DNA from: Eledone cirrhosa
Lineage: Eukaryota
Reading direction: 5' to 3'
DNA length: 64,000 nucleotides
Assembly (NCBI GenBank): GCA_964016885.1
Contig: OZ024744.1
Coordinates: forward strand, 114,204,001-114,268,000
Under the pieces are notes generated by a model. It did no database searches. It was not told the DNA's origin and saw only the letters and a program-made list of their open reading frames with translations. A program made the translations under genes and the position numbers. Positions 52,601 through 64,000 of the stretch are shown here, one piece after another (the stretch's first letter is position 1; the number at the start of each line of letters is the position of its first letter).

Positions 52601-55600
52601 AATCTCTGAATTGAGATATCACAGCTCTGATACTATGGACATGTGGTTAGAATGTCTCAGGAAAGAATCTCTGAATTGAGATATCACAGCTCTGATACTA
52701 TGGACATGTGGTTAGAATGTCTCAGGAAAGAATCTGTGTATTGAGAGATCACAGCTCTCATACTTTGTACATGTGGTTAGAATGTCTCAGGAAAGAATCT
52801 CTGAATTGAGAGATCACAGCTCTGATACTACAGATATGTGGTTAGAATGTCTCAGGAAAGAATCACTGAATTGAGAGATCACAGCTCTGATACTATGGAC
52901 ATGTGGTTAGAATGTCTCAGGAAAGAATCTCTGAATTGAGAGGTCACAGCTCTGATACTATGGACATGTGGTTAGAATGTCTCAGGAAAGAATCTCTGAA
53001 TTGAGAGATCACAGCTCTGATACTATGACATGTGGTTAGAATGTCTCAGGAAAGAATCTCTGTATTGAGAGATCACAGCTCTGATACTATGACATGTGGT
53101 TAGAATATCTCAGGCAAGAAACTCTGAATTGAGAGATCACAGCTCTGATACTACAAACATGTGGTTAAAACGTCTCAGGAAAGAATCTCTGAATTGAGAT
53201 ATCACAGCTCTGATACTATGGACATGTGTTTAGAATGTCTCAGGAAAGAATCTCTGTATTGAGAGATCACAGCTCTGATACTATGACATGTGGTTAGAAT
53301 ATCTCAGGCAAGAAACTCTGAATTGAGAGATCACAGCTCTGATACTACAAACATGTGGTTAGAATGTCTCAGGAAAGAATCTCTGAATTGAGAGATCACA
53401 GCTTTGATACTATGTACATGTGGTTAGAATTTCTCAGGAAAGAATCTCTGAATTGAGAGATCACTGCTTTGATACTATGTACATGTGGTTAGAATGTCTC
53501 AGGAAAGAATCTCTGTATTGAGAGATCACAGCTCTGATACTATGACATGTGGTTAGAATGTCTCAGGAAAGAATCTCTGAATTGAGATATCACAGCTCTG
53601 ATACTATGGACATGTGGTTAGAATGTCTCAGGAAAGAATCTCTGTATTGAGAGATCACAGCTCTGATACTATGACATGTGGTTAGAATATCTCAGGCAAG
53701 AAACTCTGAATTGAGAGATCACAGCTCTGATACTACAAACATGTGGTTAGAATGTCTCAGGAAAGAATCTCTGAATTGAGAGATCACAGCTTTGATACTA
53801 TGTACATGTGGTTAGAATTTCTCAGGAAAGAATCTCTGAATTGAGAGATCACTGCTTTGATACTATGTACATGTGGTTAGAATGTCTCAGGAAAGAATCT
53901 CTGTATTGAGAGATCACAGCTCTGATACTATGACATGTGGTTAGAATGTCTCAGGAAAGAATCTCTGAATTGAGATATCACAGCTCTGATACTATGGACA
54001 TGTGGTTAGAATGTCTCAGGAAAGAATCTCTGAATTGAGATATCACAGCTCTGATACTATGGACATGTGGTTAGAATGTCTCAGGAAAGAATCTCTGTAT
54101 TGAGAGATCACAGCTCTGATACTATGTACATGTGGTTAGAATGTCTCAGGAAAGAATCTCTGAATTGAGAGATCACAGCTCTGATACTATGTACATGTGG
54201 TTAGAATGTCTCAGGAAAGAATCTCTGAATTGAGAGATCACAGCTCTGATACTACAGATATGTGGTTAGAATGTCTCAGGAAAGAATCACTGAATTGAGA
54301 GATCACAGCTCTGATACTATGGACATGTGGTTAGAAAGTCCCAGGAAAGAATCTCTGAATTGAGAGGTCACAGTTCTGATACTACAGATATGTGGTTAGA
54401 ATGTCTCAGGAAAGAATCACTGAATTGAGAGATCACAGCTCTGATACTATGGACATGTGGTTAGAATGTCTCAGGAAAGAATCTCTGTATTGAGAGATCA
54501 CAGCTCTGATACTATGTACATGTGGTTAGAATGTTTCAGAAAAGAATCTCTGAATTGAGAGATCACAGCTCTGATACTATGTACATGTGGTTAGAATGTC
54601 TCAGGAAAGAATCTCTGAATTGAGAGATCACAGCTCTGATACTATGACATGTGGTTAGAATGTCTCAGGAAAGAATCTCTGAATTGAGAGATCACAGCTC
54701 TGATACTATGACATGTGGTTAGAATGTCTCAGGAAAGAATCTCTGAATTGAGAGATCACAGCTCTGATACTATGGACATGTGGTTAGAATATCTCAGGAA
54801 AGAATCTCTGTATTGAGAGATCACAGCTCTGATACTACAGATATGTGGTTAGAATATCTCAGGAAAGAATCTATGAATTGAGAGATCACAGCTCAGATAC
54901 TATGACATGTGGTTAGAATGTCTCAGGAAAGAATCTCTGAATCGAGAGATCACAGCTCTGATACTATGTACATGTGGTTAGAATGTCTCAGAAAAGAATC
55001 TCTGAATTGAGAGATCACAGCTCTCTCTAATACTATGTACAGGTGGTTAGAATGTCTCAGGAAAGAATCTCTGAATTGAGAGATCACAGCTCTGATACAA
55101 TGACATGTAGTTAGAATGTCTAAGGAAAGAATCTCTGAATTGAGAGATCACAGCTCTGATACAATGACATGTGGTTAGAATGTCTCAGGAAAGAATCTCT
55201 GAATTGAGAGATCACAGCTCTGATACTACAGACATGTGGTTAGAATGTCTCAGGAAAGAATCTCTGAATTGAGAGATCACAGCTCTGATACTACAGACAT
55301 GTGGTTAGTATGTCTCAGGAAAGAATCTCTGAATTGAGAGATCACAGCTCTGACACTATGGACATGTGGTTAGAATGTCTCAGGAAAGAATCTCTGAATT
55401 GAGAGATCACAGCTTTGATACTATGTACATGTGGTTAGAATGTCTCAGGAAAGAATCTTTGAATTGAGAGATCACAGCTCTGACACTATGGACATGTGGT
55501 TAGAGTGTCTCAGGAAAGAATCTCTGAATTGAGAGATCACAGCTCTGATACTATGGACATGTGGTTAGAATATCTCAGGAAAGAAATTCTGAATTGAGAG

Positions 55601-58600
55601 ATCACAGCTCTGAAACTACAAACATGTGGTTAGAATGTCTCAGGAAAGAATCTCTGAATTGAGAGATCACTAAGCTCTGATACTATGTACATGTGGTTAG
55701 AATGTCTCAGGAAAGAATCTGTGTATTGAGAGATCACAGCTCTGATACTATGACATGTGGTTAGAATGTCTCAGGAAAGAATTTCTGAATTGAGATATCA
55801 CAGCTCTGATACTATGGACATGTGGTTAGAATGTCTCAGAAAAGAATCTCTGTATTGAGAGATCACAGCTCTGATACTATGACATGTGGTTGGAATATCT
55901 CAGGCAAGAAACTCTGAATTGAGAGATCACAGCTCTGATTCTACAAACATGAGGTTAGAATGTCTCAGGAAAGAATCTCTGAATTGAGAGATCACAGCTC
56001 TGATACTATGTACATGTGGTTAGAATTTCTCAGGAAAGAATCTCTGAATTGAGAGATCACAGCTTTGATACTATGTACATGTGGTTAGAATGTCTCAGGA
56101 AAGAATCTCTGTATTGAGAGATCACAGCTCTGATACTATGACATGTGGTTAGAGTGTCTCAGGAAAGAATCTCTGAATTGAGATATCACAGCTTTGATAC
56201 TATGGACATGTGGTTAGAATGTCTCAGGAAAGAATCTCTGAATTGAGATATCACAGCTCTGATACTATGGACATGTGGTTAGAATGTCTCAGGAAAGAAT
56301 CTCTGTATTGAGAGATCACAGCTCTGATACTATGTACATGTGGTTAGAATGTCTCAGGAAAGAATCTCTGAATTGAGAGATCACAGCTTTGATACTATGT
56401 ACATGTGGTTAGAATGTCTCAGGAAAGAATCTCTGAATTGAGAGATCACAGCTCTGATACTATGGACATGTGGTTAGAATGTCTCAGGAAAGAATCTCTG
56501 AATTGAGAGATCACAGCTCTGATACTACAGATATGTGGTTAGAATGTCTCAGGAAAGAATTACTGAATTGAGAGATCACAGCTCTGAAACTATGGACATG
56601 TGGTTAGAATGTCCCAGGAAAGAATCTCTGAATTGAGAGGTCACAGTTCTGATACTACAGATATGTGGTTAGAATGTCTCAGGAAAGAATCACTGAATTG
56701 AGAGATCACAGCTCTGATACTATGGACATGTGGTTAGAATGTCTCAGGAAAGAATCTCTGTATTGAGAGATCACAGCTCTGATACTATGTACATGTGGTT
56801 AGAATGTCTCAGGAAAGAATCTCTGAATTGAGAGATCACAGCTTTGATACTATGTACATGTGGTTAGAATGTCTCAGGAAAGAATCTCTGAATTGAGAGA
56901 TCACAGCTCTGATACTATGGACATGTGGTTAGAATGTCTCAGGAAAGAATCTCTGAATTGAGAGATCACAGCTTTGATACTATGTACATGTGGTTAGAAT
57001 TTCTCAGGAAAGAATCTCTGAATTGAGAGATCACAGCTTTGATACTATGTACATGTGGTTAGAATGTCTCAGGAAAGAATCTCTGAATTGAGATATCACA
57101 GCTCTGATACTATGGACATGTGGTTAGAATGTCTCAGGAAAGAATCTCTGAATTGAGAGATCACAGCTCTGATACTACAGATATGTGGTTAGAATGTCTC
57201 AGGAAAGAATCACTGAATTGAGAGATCACAGCTCTGATACTATGGACATGTGGTTAGAATGTCCCAGGAAAGAATCTCTGAATTGAGAGGTCACAGTTCT
57301 GATACTACAGATATGTGGTTAGAATGTCTCAGGAAACAATCACTGAATAGAGAGATCACAGCTCTGATACTATGGACATGTGGTTAGAATGTCTCAGGAA
57401 AGAATCTCTGTATTGAGAGATCACAGCTCTGATACTATGTACATGTGGTTAGAATGTCTCAGAAAAGAATCTCTGAATTGAGAGATCACAGCTCTGATAC
57501 TATGTACATGTGGTTAGAAAGTCTCAGGAAAGAATCTCTGAATTGAGAGATCACAGCTCTGATACTATGACATGTGGTTAGAATGTCTCAGGAAAGAATC
57601 TCTGAATTGAGAGATCACAGCTCTGATACTACAGACATGTGGTTAGAATGTCTCAGGAAAGAATCTCTGAATTGAGAGATCACAGCTCTGATACTACAGA
57701 CATGTGTTTAGAATGTCTCAGGAAAGAATCTCTGAATTGAGAGATCACAGCTCTGACACTATGGACATGTGGTTAGAATGTCTCAGGAAAGAATCTCTGA
57801 ATTGAGAGATCACAGCTTTGATACTATGTACATGTGGTTAGAATGTCTCAGGAAAGAATCTCTGAATTGAGAGATCACAGCTTTGATACTATGTACATGT
57901 GGTTAGAATGTCTCAGGAAAGAATCTCTGAATTGAGATATCACAGCTCTGATACTATGGACATGTGGTTAGAATGTCTCAGGAAAGAATCTCTGAATTGA
58001 GATATCACAGCTCTGATACTATGGACATGTGGTTAGAATGTCTCAGGAAAGAATCTGTGTATTGAGAGATCACAGCTCTCATACTTTGTACATGTGGTTA
58101 GAATGTCTCAGGAAAGAATCTCTGAATTGAGAGATCACAGCTCTGATACTACAGATATGTGGTTAGAATGTCTCAGGAAAGAATCACTGAATTGAGAGAT
58201 CACAGCTCTGATACTATGGACATGTGGTTAGAATGTCCCAGGAAAGAATCTCTGAATTGAGAGGTCACAGTTCTGATACTACAGATATGTGGTTAGAATG
58301 TCTCAGGAAAGAATCACTGAATTGAGAGATCACAGCTCTGATACTATGGACATGTGGTTAGAATGTCTCAGGAAAGAATCTCTGAATTGAGAGGTCACAG
58401 CTCTGATACTATGGACATGTGGTTAGAATGTCTCAGGAAAGAATCTCTGAATTGAGAGATCACAGCTCTGATACTATGACATGTGGTTAGAATGTCTCAG
58501 GAAAGAATCTCTGTATTGAGAGATCACAGCTCTGATACTATGACATGTGGTTAGAATATCTCAGGCAAGAAACTCTGAATTGAGAGATCACAGCTCTGAT

Positions 58601-61600
58601 ACTACAAACATGTGGTTAGAACGTCTCAGGAAAGAATCTCTGAATTGAGATATCACAGCTCTGATACTATGGACATGTGGTTAGAATGTCTCAGGAAAGA
58701 ATCTCTGTATTGAGAGATCACAGCTCTGATACTATGACATGTGGTTAGAATATCTCAGGCAAGAAACTCTGAATTGAGAGATCACAGCTCTGATACTACA
58801 AACATGTGGTTAGAATGTCTCAGGAAAGAATCTCTGAATTGAGAGATCACAGCTTTGATACTATGTACATGTGGTTAGAATTTCTCAGGAAAGAATCTCT
58901 GAATTGAGAGATCACTGCTTTGATACTATGTACATGTGGTTAGAATGTCTCAGGAAAGAATCTCTGTATTGAGAGATCACAGCTCTGATACTATGACATG
59001 TGGTTAGAATGTCTCAGGAAAGAATCTCTGAATTGAGATATCACAGCTCTGATACTATGGACATGTGGTTAGAATGTCTCAGGAAAGAATCTCTGAATTG
59101 AGATATCACAGCTCTGATACTATGGACATGTGGTTAGAATGTCTCAGGAAAGAATCTCTGTATTGAGAGATCACAGCTCTGATACTATGTACATGTGGTT
59201 AGAATGTCTCAGGAAAGAATCTCTGAATTGAGAGATCACAGCTTTGATACTATGTACATGTGGTTAGAATGTCTCAGGAAAGAATCTCTGAATTGAGAGA
59301 TCACAGCTCTGATACTATGTACATGTGGTTAGAATGTCTCAGGAAAGAATCTCTGAATTGAGAGATCACAGCTCTGATACTACAGATATGTGGTTAGAAT
59401 GTCTCAGGAAAGAATCACTGAATTGAGAGATCACAGCTCTGATACTATGGACATGTGGTTAGAAAGTCCCAGGAAAGAATCTCTGAATTGAGAGGTCACA
59501 GTTCTGATACTACAGATATGTGGTTAGAATGTCTCAGGAAAGAATCACTGAATTGAGAGATCACAGCTCTGATACTATGGACATGTGGTTAGAATGTCTC
59601 AGGAAAGAATCTCTGTATTGAGAGATCACAGCTCTGATACTATGTACATGTGGTTAGAATGTTTCAGAAAAGAATCTCTGAATTGAGAGATCACAGCTCT
59701 GATACTATGTACATGTGGTTAGAATGTCTCAGGAAAGAATCTCTGAATTGAGAGATCACAGCTCTGATACTATGACATGTGGTTAGAATGTCTCAGGAAA
59801 GAATCTCTGAATTGAGAGATCACAGCTCTGATACTATGACATGTGGTTAGAATGTCTCAGGAAAGAATCTCTGAATTGAGAGATCACAGCTCTGATACTA
59901 TGGACATGTGGTTAGAATATCTCAGGAAAGAATCTCTGTATTGAGAGATCACAGCTCTGATACTACAGATATGTGGTTAGAATATCTCAGGAAAGAATCT
60001 ATGAATTGAGAGATCACAGCTCAGATACTATGACATGTGGTTAGAATGTCTCAGGAAAGAATCTCTGAATCGAGAGATCACAGCTCTGATACTATGTACA
60101 TGTGGTTAGAATGTCTCAGAAAAGAATCTCTGAATTGAGAGATCACAGCTCTCTCTAATACTATGTACAGGTGGTTAGAATGTCTCAGGAAAGAATCTCT
60201 GAATTGAGAGATCACAGCTCTGATACAATGACATGTAGTTAGAATGTCTAAGGAAAGAATCTCTGAATTGAGAGATCACAGCTCTGATACAATGACATGT
60301 GGTTAGAATGTCTCAGGAAAGAATCTCTGAATTGAGAGATCACAGCTCTGATACTACAGACATGTGGTTAGAATGTCTCAGGAAAGAATCTCTGAATTGA
60401 GAGATCACAGCTCTGATACTACAGACATGTGGTTAGTATGTCTCAGGAAAGAATCTCTGAATTGAGAGATCACAGCTCTGACACTATGGACATGTGGTTA
60501 GAATGTCTCAGGAAAGAATCTCTGAATTGAGAGATCACAGCTTTGATACTATGTACATGTGGTTAGAATGTCTCAGGAAAGAATCTTTGAATTGAGAGAT
60601 CACAGCTCTGACACTATGGACATGTGGTTAGAGTGTCTCAGGAAAGAATCTCTGAATTGAGAGATCACAGCTCTGATACTATGGACATGTGGTTAGAATA
60701 TCTCAGGAAAGAAATTCTGAATTGAGAGATCACAGCTCTGAAACTACAAACATGTGGTTAGAATGTCTCAGGAAAGAATCTCTGAATTGAGAGATCACTA
60801 AGCTCTGATACTATGTACATGTGGTTAGAATGTCTCAGGAAAGAATCTGTGTATTGAGAGATCACAGCTCTGATACTATGATATGTGGTTAGAATGTCTC
60901 AGGAAAGAATTTCTGAATTGAGATATCACAGCTCTGATACTATGGACATGTGGTTAGAATGTCTCAGTAAAGAATCTCTGTATTGAGAGATCACAGCTCT
61001 GATACTATGACATGTGGTTGGAATATCTCAGGCGAGAAACTCTGAATTGAGAGATCACAGCTCTGATTCTACAAACATGAGGTTAGAATGTCTCAGGAAA
61101 GAATCTCTGAATTGAGAGATCACAGCTCTGATACTATGTACATGTGGTTAGAATTTCTCAGGAAAGAATCTCTGAATTGAGAGATCACAGCTTTGATACT
61201 ATGTACATGTGGTTAGAATGTCTCAGGAAAGAATCTCTGTATTGAGAGATCACAGCTCTGATACTATGACATGTGGTTAGAGTGTCTCAGGAAAGAATCT
61301 CTGAATTGAGATATCACAGCTTTGATACTATGGACATGTGGTTAGAATGTCTCAGGAAAGAATCTCTGAATTGAGATATCACAGCTCTGATACTATGGAC
61401 ATGTGGTTAGAATGTCTCAGGAAAGAATCTCTGTATTGAGAGATCACAGCTCTGATACTATGTACATGTGGTTAGAATGTCTCAGGAAAGAATCTCTGAA
61501 TTGAGAGATCACAGCTTTGATACTATGTACATGTGGTTAGAATGTCTCAGGAAAGAATCTCTGAATTGAGAGATCACAGCTCTGATACTATGGACATGTG

Positions 61601-64000
61601 GTTAGAATGTCTCAGGAAAGAATCTCTGAATTGAGAGATCACAGCTCTGATACTACAGATATGTGGTTAGAATGTCTCAGGAAAGAATTACTGAATTGAG
61701 AGATCACAGCTCTGAAACTATGGACATGTGGTTAGAATGTCCCAGGAAAGAATCTCTGAATTGAGAGGTCACAGTTCTGATACTACAGATATGTGGTTAG
61801 AATGTCTCAGGAAAGAATCACTGAATTGAGAGATCACAGCTCTGATACTATGGACATGTGGTTAGAATGTCTCAGGAAAGAATCTCTGTATTGAGAGATC
61901 ACAGCTCTGATACTATGTACATGTGGTTAGAATGTCTCAGGAAAGAATCTCTGAATTGAGAGATCACAGCTTTGATACTATGTACATGTGGTTAGAATGT
62001 CTCAGGAAAGAATCTCTGAATTGAGAGATCACAGCTCTGATACTATGGACATGTGGTTAGAATGTCTCAGGAAAGAATCTCTGAATTGAGAGATCACAGC
62101 TCTGATACTATAGATATGTGGTTAGAATGTCTCAGGAAAGAATCACTGAATTGAGAGATCACAGCTCTGATACTATGGACATGTGGTTAGAATGTCCCAG
62201 GAAAGAATCTCTGAATTGAGAGGTCACAGTTCTGATACTACAGATATGTGGTTAGAATGTCTCAGGAAAGAATCACTGAATTGAGAGATCACAGCTCTGA
62301 TACTATGGACATGTGGTTAGAATGTCTCAGGAAAGAATCTCTGAATTGAGAGGTCACAGCTCTGATACTATGGACATGTGGTTAGAATGTCTCAGGAAAG
62401 AATCTCTGAATTGAGAGATCACAGCTCTGATACTATGACATGTGGTTAGAATGTCTCAGGAAAGAATCTCTGTATTGAGAGATCACAGCTCTGATACTAT
62501 GACATGTGGTTAGAATATCTCAGGCAAGAAACTCTGAATTGAGAGATCACAGCTCTGATACTACAAACATGTGGTTAGAATGTCTCAGGAAAGAATCTCT
62601 GAATTGAGAGATCACAGCTTTGATACTATGTACATGTGGTTAGAATTTCTCAGGAAAGAATCTCTGAATTGAGAGATCACAGCTTTGATACTATGTACAT
62701 GTGGTTAGAATGTCTCAGGAAAGAATCTCTGTATTGAGAGATCACAGCTCTGATACTATGACATGTGGTTAGAATGTCTCAGGAAAAATCTCTGAATTGA
62801 GAGATCACAGCTCTGATACTATGGACATGGGGTTAGAATGTCTCAGGAAAGAATCTCTTAATTGAGAGATCACAGCTCTGATACTACAGATATGTGGTTA
62901 TAATGTCTCAGGAAAGAATCACTGAATTGAGAGATCACAGCTCTGATACTATGGACATGTGGTTAGAATGTCCCAGGAAAGAATCTCTGAATTGAGAGGT
63001 CACAGTTCTGATACTACAGATATGTGGTTAGAATGTCCCAGGAAAGAATCACTGAATTGAGAGATCACAGCTCTGATACTATGGACATGTGGTTAGCATG
63101 TCTCAGGAAAGAATCTCTGTATTGAGAGATCATAGCTCTGATACTATGTACATGTGGTTAGAATGTCTCAGAAAAGAATCTCTGAATTGAGAGATCACAG
63201 CTCTGATACTATGTACATGTGGTTAGAAAGTCTCAGGAAAGAATCTCTGAATTGAGAGATCACAGCTCTGATACTATGACATGTGGTTAGAATGTCTCAG
63301 GAAAGAATCTCTGAATTGAGAGATCACAGCTCTGATACTACAGAGATGTGATTAGAATGTCTCAGGAAAGAATCTCTGAATTGAGAGATCACAGCTCTGA
63401 TACTACAGACATGTGGTTAGAATGTCTCAGGAAAGAATCTCTGAATTGAGAGATCACAGCTTTGATACTATGTACATGTGGTTAGAATGTCTCAGGAAAG
63501 AATCTCTGAATTGAGAGATCACAGCTCTGATACTATGTACATGGGGTTAGAATGTCTCAGGAAAGAATCTCTGAATTGAGAGATCACAGCTCTGACACTA
63601 TGGACATGTGGTTAGAATGTCTCAGGAAAGAATCTCTGAATTGAGAGATCACAGCTTTGATACTATGTACATGTGGTTAGAATGTCTCAGGAAAGAATCT
63701 CTGAATTGAGAGATCACAGCTCTGATACTATGGACATGTGGTTAGAATATCTCAGGAAAGAATCTCTGTATTGAGAGATCACAGCTCTGATACTACAGAC
63801 ATGGGGTTAGAATGATGTCAGGAAAGAATCTCTGAATTGAGAGATCACAGCTCTGATACTACAGATATGTGGTTAGAATATCTCAGGAAAGAATCTATGA
63901 ATTGAGAGATCACAGCTCTGATACTATGACATGTGGTTAGAATGTCTCAGGAAAGAATCTCTGAATTGAGAGATCACAGCTCTCTCTAATACTATGTACA
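22541..64000. repeat. 65-bp tandem satellite, more than 41 kb (about 640 copies), continuing past the window end
   Basis: Consensus tctctgaattgagagatcacagctctgatactatggacatgtggttagaatgtctcaggaaagaa (65 nt). Highly homogeneous, with ordered variant monomers and no visible interruption. Confidence 0.98.

Noticed and set aside
22541-64000. CRISPR-like regular repeat array
   Set aside because: No unique spacers, no cas genes, and a eukaryotic intronic context; it is a head-to-tail satellite.

Overview
Eukaryotic, repeat-rich animal DNA; the SINE families suggest an octopus or other coleoid cephalopod (inference from recalled sequences). The only host gene is a receptor (transmembrane) guanylyl cyclase of the natriuretic-peptide-receptor type on the minus strand. 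Four in-phase GT-AG exons are present (22024-21871, 21233-21084, 11906-11717, 668-528). They encode the C-terminal half of the kinase-homology domain and the helical linker before the cyclase domain. Introns are swollen by tandem arrays: a 48-bp satellite (752-8100), a punctuated (GGT)n tract (11943-13470), a 46-bp satellite (14230-20975) and a 65-bp satellite of more than 41 kb (22541 to window end). Two arrays remain attached to their source elements. The 65-bp monomer is a piece of RTE LINE coding sequence (IERSQLxYYGHVVRM), and the 48-bp monomer is a SINE tail segment. Between 8.4 and 10.6 kb is a cluster of short (TA)n-flanked elements, two with long inverted repeats. They carry type I hammerhead ribozyme motifs of the Penelope/retrozyme kind, one apparently intact (9938-9983). 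Nearly all ORFs in the supplied track are repeat artefacts.
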